This document shows positions 61,232 to 64,000 of a stretch of DNA of 64,000 nucleotides, one piece after another (the stretch's first letter is position 1; each line of letters starts with the position of its first letter). The position numbers and the translations under genes were made by a program. The stretch lies in NCBI GenBank assembly GCA_964486505.1, contig CAZAMC010000003.1, positions 19,505 through 83,504 of the forward strand, read 5' to 3'. The DNA comes from an uncultured Gammaproteobacteria bacterium. GTDB lineage: Bacteria; Patescibacteriota; Patescibacteriia; PEXW01. The notes beneath the pieces are model-generated. The model worked only from the letters and a program-made list of their open reading frames with translations. It ran no database searches and had not been told where the DNA came from.

Positions 61232-61798
61232 TTATTCTAATGAACCTTGCCGCTCTGCAAGAACGAGGTACGCGCAGAGGTCGGCCTTCACCGCGCAGCT
61301 GAGGGGTTCTGGAACTTCCACAAACTCCACAATGTCCAAGTAGTGCAGTTCCTGGAGATGCGTGATGCTCGGGTGTCCTTGGCGCAGAGTGAGCTGCAAC
61401 AGCTCCCGCTCCACATCAGCCGAGTTGAGCTCGAGGACTGCTGCGTCCCGAGCGTGAACGGGTACGTGGCGACCCACTTCCTCCCACCCCCGCGGTGTGA
61501 GAAAGCAAACACTGCGCGCGTTAAACTTTACTACGCCCTTCACGTACCAGCGTCTCTGCGCAACCCAACCCGCCTCTGCCTTCACTGCCGCTTCCAAACG
61601 CGGCAGGTCTACATTGAGTACCTTTAAAGAGTACAGGCAGACAAGTGCGAGGGCTACAACTGCAAGGCAAAGCGCAATCAGTTGACCACGTGCCGCCTGC
61701 GCCCCGCCGGATGACGTACAGTAGGTGTACAGCGCCAGGCATCCAAGAACAACGAGACTGGCGACTTTAATCACCTGAATCTTACGGTGCATGGTCAT
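61232..61798 (-). CDS. Hypothetical membrane protein (2 TM)
   Basis: GGAGG SD; TTGACA-16-TAGGGT promoter; terminator hairpin at about 61207-61236. Confidence 0.6.
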   Translation of the reverse strand: MTMHRKIQVIKVASLVVLGCLALYTYCTSSGGAQAARGQLIALCLAVVALALVCLYSLKVLNVDLPRLEAAVKAEAGWVAQRRWYVKGVVKFNARSVCFLTPRGWEEVGRHVPVHARDAAVLELNSADVERELLQLTLRQGHPSITHLQELHYLDIVEFVEVPEPLSCAVKADLCAYLVLAERQGSLE

Positions 61799-61932
61799 GT
61801 GCCCTCCGCTGTAAATTGTTTCAATGTGCTACCGCGACCCTAGCATGGTACTCGGTACTGTCAACTACTCAAATAAGACGCTCAGCAAAAAACCAGCCGG
61901 GTAACGGACTGGCGGTGGGGGCAGGACAGAGT

Positions 61933-62009
61933 TGGTGCGCCCGGCAGGATTTGAACCTACGACCTCAAGCTCCGCAAGCTTGCGCTCTATCCAACTGAGC
62001 TACGGGCGC
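61933..62009 (-). tRNA. tRNA-Arg(GCG)
   Basis: GCGCCCG acceptor, anticodon arm CAAGC-TTGCGGA-GCTTG, CCA encoded. Confidence 0.93.
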
Positions 62010-62056
62010 GTGTACGTGAACACTATCTGTACCATGGCGCGGAAGCCATGGCAAGG

Positions 62057-62560
62057 TTAAATTTTGAACATGCGCCCCAGCCGATCGGTAAGGTCTTCAG
62101 CTTCCCGCTCCAGATCCTCTCGGATGTACTTCTGGAGAACGGTACGCACCTTTAATGGATTTTCTTGTTGCAATGGAATGGGGTAGGAGGGACGGAATCC
62201 ACTCTTAAAAGTTAAGTACAGCACTTTAACTTCCGGTGGTTCAAACGCAATCCAAAAAGTGGCAAACTCCCGGAAGCGGTACACCCGGTCGCCGATTGTG
62301 ATACCGTCCTCATGCACGGAAAATTGCACCTTCACCGGCTGAAGGAAGTCGCGGGCGACCATTGTTACGACGATCAGGATGATGATGATGGAGAACAGGA
62401 AATTTCTCGTGACGATGGCGTAGATAAACAGCCCTACAGCCAGTAACCCAGAAACTGCGTACCAGCCCATGCCGCGTTCGTACCGGTGGAAGGAAGGAAA
62501 TTCCCACTTCAGAAGCGTCTGGGGTTGTGTGGTTCGATTAGGGTTGCTACTCTGATCCAT
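62057..62560 (-). CDS. Conserved-looking 2-TM hypothetical protein
   Basis: W.FP.F..YER..GWY, two TMs, FWI; TATACT 9 nt upstream. Confidence 0.7.
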   Translation of the reverse strand: MDQSSNPNRTTQPQTLLKWEFPSFHRYERGMGWYAVSGLLAVGLFIYAIVTRNFLFSIIIILIVVTMVARDFLQPVKVQFSVHEDGITIGDRVYRFREFATFWIAFEPPEVKVLYLTFKSGFRPSYPIPLQQENPLKVRTVLQKYIREDLEREAEDLTDRLGRMFKI

Positions 62561-62593
62561 ACGTGGCAGAGTATAGCACGTTCCGTTCATATT

Positions 62594-62687
62594 GGAGAGG
62601 TGGCCGAGTGGCTGAAGGCGGCAGGTTGCTAACCTGTTATACGGTGTTAAAGCCGTATCGAGAGTTCGAATCTCTCCCTCTCCGCCA
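62594..62687 (+). tRNA. tRNA-Ser(GCT)
   Basis: GGAGAGG acceptor, loop TTGCTAA, long variable arm, GCCA end. Confidence 0.96.
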
Positions 62688-62769
62688 GCGCGTTCTATAA
62701 TTGGCCTGACACATGGGTCATTCTCGCTATGCGAGCTCCTGCCCTATTGATCAGGCTGAGTAATTTACG

Positions 62770-62858
62770 GGTGGGGTGGCGGAGTGGTCGATCGCGGCGG
62801 TCTTGAAAACCGTTAGGGTGAATAGCCCTCGCAGGTTCGAATCCTGCCCCCACCGCCA
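62770..62858 (+). tRNA. tRNA-Ser(TGA)
   Basis: GGTGGGG acceptor, loop CTTGAAA, long variable arm, GCCA end. Confidence 0.96.
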
Positions 62859-62896
62859 CTAAACCCCAGCGCTAGCTCTTGGTGTATCCTTAGAGT

Positions 62897-64000
62897 ATGC
62901 TTTCGCTTTCTACACCGGTCACCCAGCTCGTGGGCGTTGGGCCGTCAGCGGCTACACGCTTGAAACGCCTCGGCATTACCACGGCCCAAGACCTCCTGTG
63001 GCACCTCCCCTTCCGCTACGAAGACCTCACCCGCGTTGAACGCATCATTGACGTACGCGGTAACACCACAGTCTCCATCCGGGGGAAGCTTCAGCTCCTG
63101 AGCTCTCGACGCGCCGCTCGTCGTCGCGGCATGTTGGTGTTGGAGGCGATCGTCGCTGACGACACGGGCAGCCTGAAGGTTGTGTGGTTCAACCAGCCCT
63201 TCCTAGCCAAGGCACTGCGGCCAGGCGACGTGCTGTGGTTGGCCGGCAAGGTGGAGCACAATCACTTCGGTACCACGCTCGTAAACCCCACCTGGGAAAA
63301 ACGCGAAAACCCCCTGCATAGCGCCGGCGTTATTCCCATCTACCCCCTCACGGATGGCCTGACGCAAAAGCAGATGCGGCACTTCATCCACCAAGCGCTG
63401 CCCCTGGCCGCACAGCTCCCCGATCGGCTCCCTGCATCCCTTTCAACTCAAAAGCCGCTGGACCACCTCCAGGCAGCACTCTACCACGTGCACGAACCAA
63501 AGACGTTTGCCGACATTGCGGCAGGCCGTCGCCGACTTGGTTTTGAGGAGCTCCTCATCGTCCATTTAGCAGTCCTGCAAGAACGGGCCGCCCTCACGCA
63601 GGCCTCGAGTGTGCGCATTCCTTTTGACCAAGAAAAGACAGTCGCTTTTGTCCAACGCCTGCCCTTCACCCTCACCCCGGGCCAGAAACGTTCGGCGTGG
63701 GACATCCTCCAGGACATGGATACACCGCACCCTATGAACCGTCTCGTGGAAGGTGACGTGGGCTCTGGAAAGACCGTAGTGGCGGCGATTGCCATTCTCA
63801 ACGTAACGGCTGCCGGATGCCAGACCGCGTACCTCGCGCCTACCGAAATATTGGCACGGCAGCACTTTGAAAAAATCACCAAGCTGCTCAAGCCTTTCAA
63901 TACGCGCGTGGGCCTTTTCACGCAAGCTAGCCGGCGGCTTTCCACAACGGAAAAGCCAGTGACGAAAACCGCCATGCTCCAGGCCCTCCGAGATGGAAAT
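62897..64000 (+). CDS. recG: ATP-dependent DNA helicase RecG (5' part; runs off the window)
   Basis: Manual translation: GVGP...LKRLGI..AQDLLWHLPFRYED, WFNQPF, PIYPLT, MNRLVEGDVGSGKT, APTEILARQH. Confidence 0.95.
   Translation, partial: MLSLSTPVTQLVGVGPSAATRLKRLGITTAQDLLWHLPFRYEDLTRVERIIDVRGNTTVSIRGKLQLLSSRRAARRRGMLVLEAIVADDTGSLKVVWFNQPFLAKALRPGDVLWLAGKVEHNHFGTTLVNPTWEKRENPLHSAGVIPIYPLTDGLTQKQMRHFIHQALPLAAQLPDRLPASLSTQKPLDHLQAALYHVHEPKTFADIAAGRRRLGFEELLIVHLAVLQERAALTQASSVRIPFDQEKTVAFVQRLPFTLTPGQKRSAWDILQDMDTPHPMNRLVEGDVGSGKTVVAAIAILNVTAAGCQTAYLAPTEILARQHFEKITKLLKPFNTRVGLFTQASRRLSTTEKPVTKTAMLQALRDGN

Noticed and set aside
60777-61932. Integrated element at the 3' end of tRNA-Arg
   Set aside because: ORFans are present but I found no integrase and no duplicated tRNA 3' end
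62688-62769. tRNA-like element between the two tRNA-Ser genes
   Set aside because: Has GCCTGA/TCAGGC and a small inner hairpin but no T-loop or D-loop consensus; treated as a spacer

Overview
About 57% GC bacterial chromosome segment with standard code 11 (TGA is stop). It looks like Candidate Phyla Radiation (Patescibacteria, Parcubacteria/ABY1-like): rpmD (L30) is missing from the spc cluster, r-proteins carry low-complexity extensions, core genes lack Shine-Dalgarno sites, and the type IV pilus locus has no secretin. Positions 1-17.3 kb (-) hold str (rpsL-rpsG-fusA-tuf), the S10/spc r-protein cluster, secY, adk, map, ruvX and a WecA/MraY-type gene. Positions 17.3-30.4 kb are mixed: two M50 proteases, rpmB, a hydrolase, tRNA-Pro, a SAM-I riboswitch with metK, ndk, gatCA, an ECF sigma factor, ligA and a phosphoesterase. 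Positions 30.4-55.3 kb (-) are a ~25 kb type IV pilus/surface island: 8 pilin-like genes, pilD, an O-oligosaccharyltransferase-like TPR protein, pilC, a degenerate pilT, a receiver protein, pilB, an FN3 protein, pilONM and two large secreted proteins. Positions 55.3-64 kb hold lemA, htpX, clpC, comF, tRNA-Arg(GCG), two tRNA-Ser and the start of recG. The most interesting signals are a modular pilus-tip system (a dockerin-like insert in a minor pilin, a mosaic 1.4k-aa candidate adhesin, a pseudo-ATPase PilT), three unannotated structured RNAs (pilin leader, rpsJ-rplC attenuator, htpX-clpC sRNA) and a split leaderless versus SD-led gene architecture. No CRISPR, transposase or integrase was seen. 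All calls come from reading motifs by eye; no database search was run.
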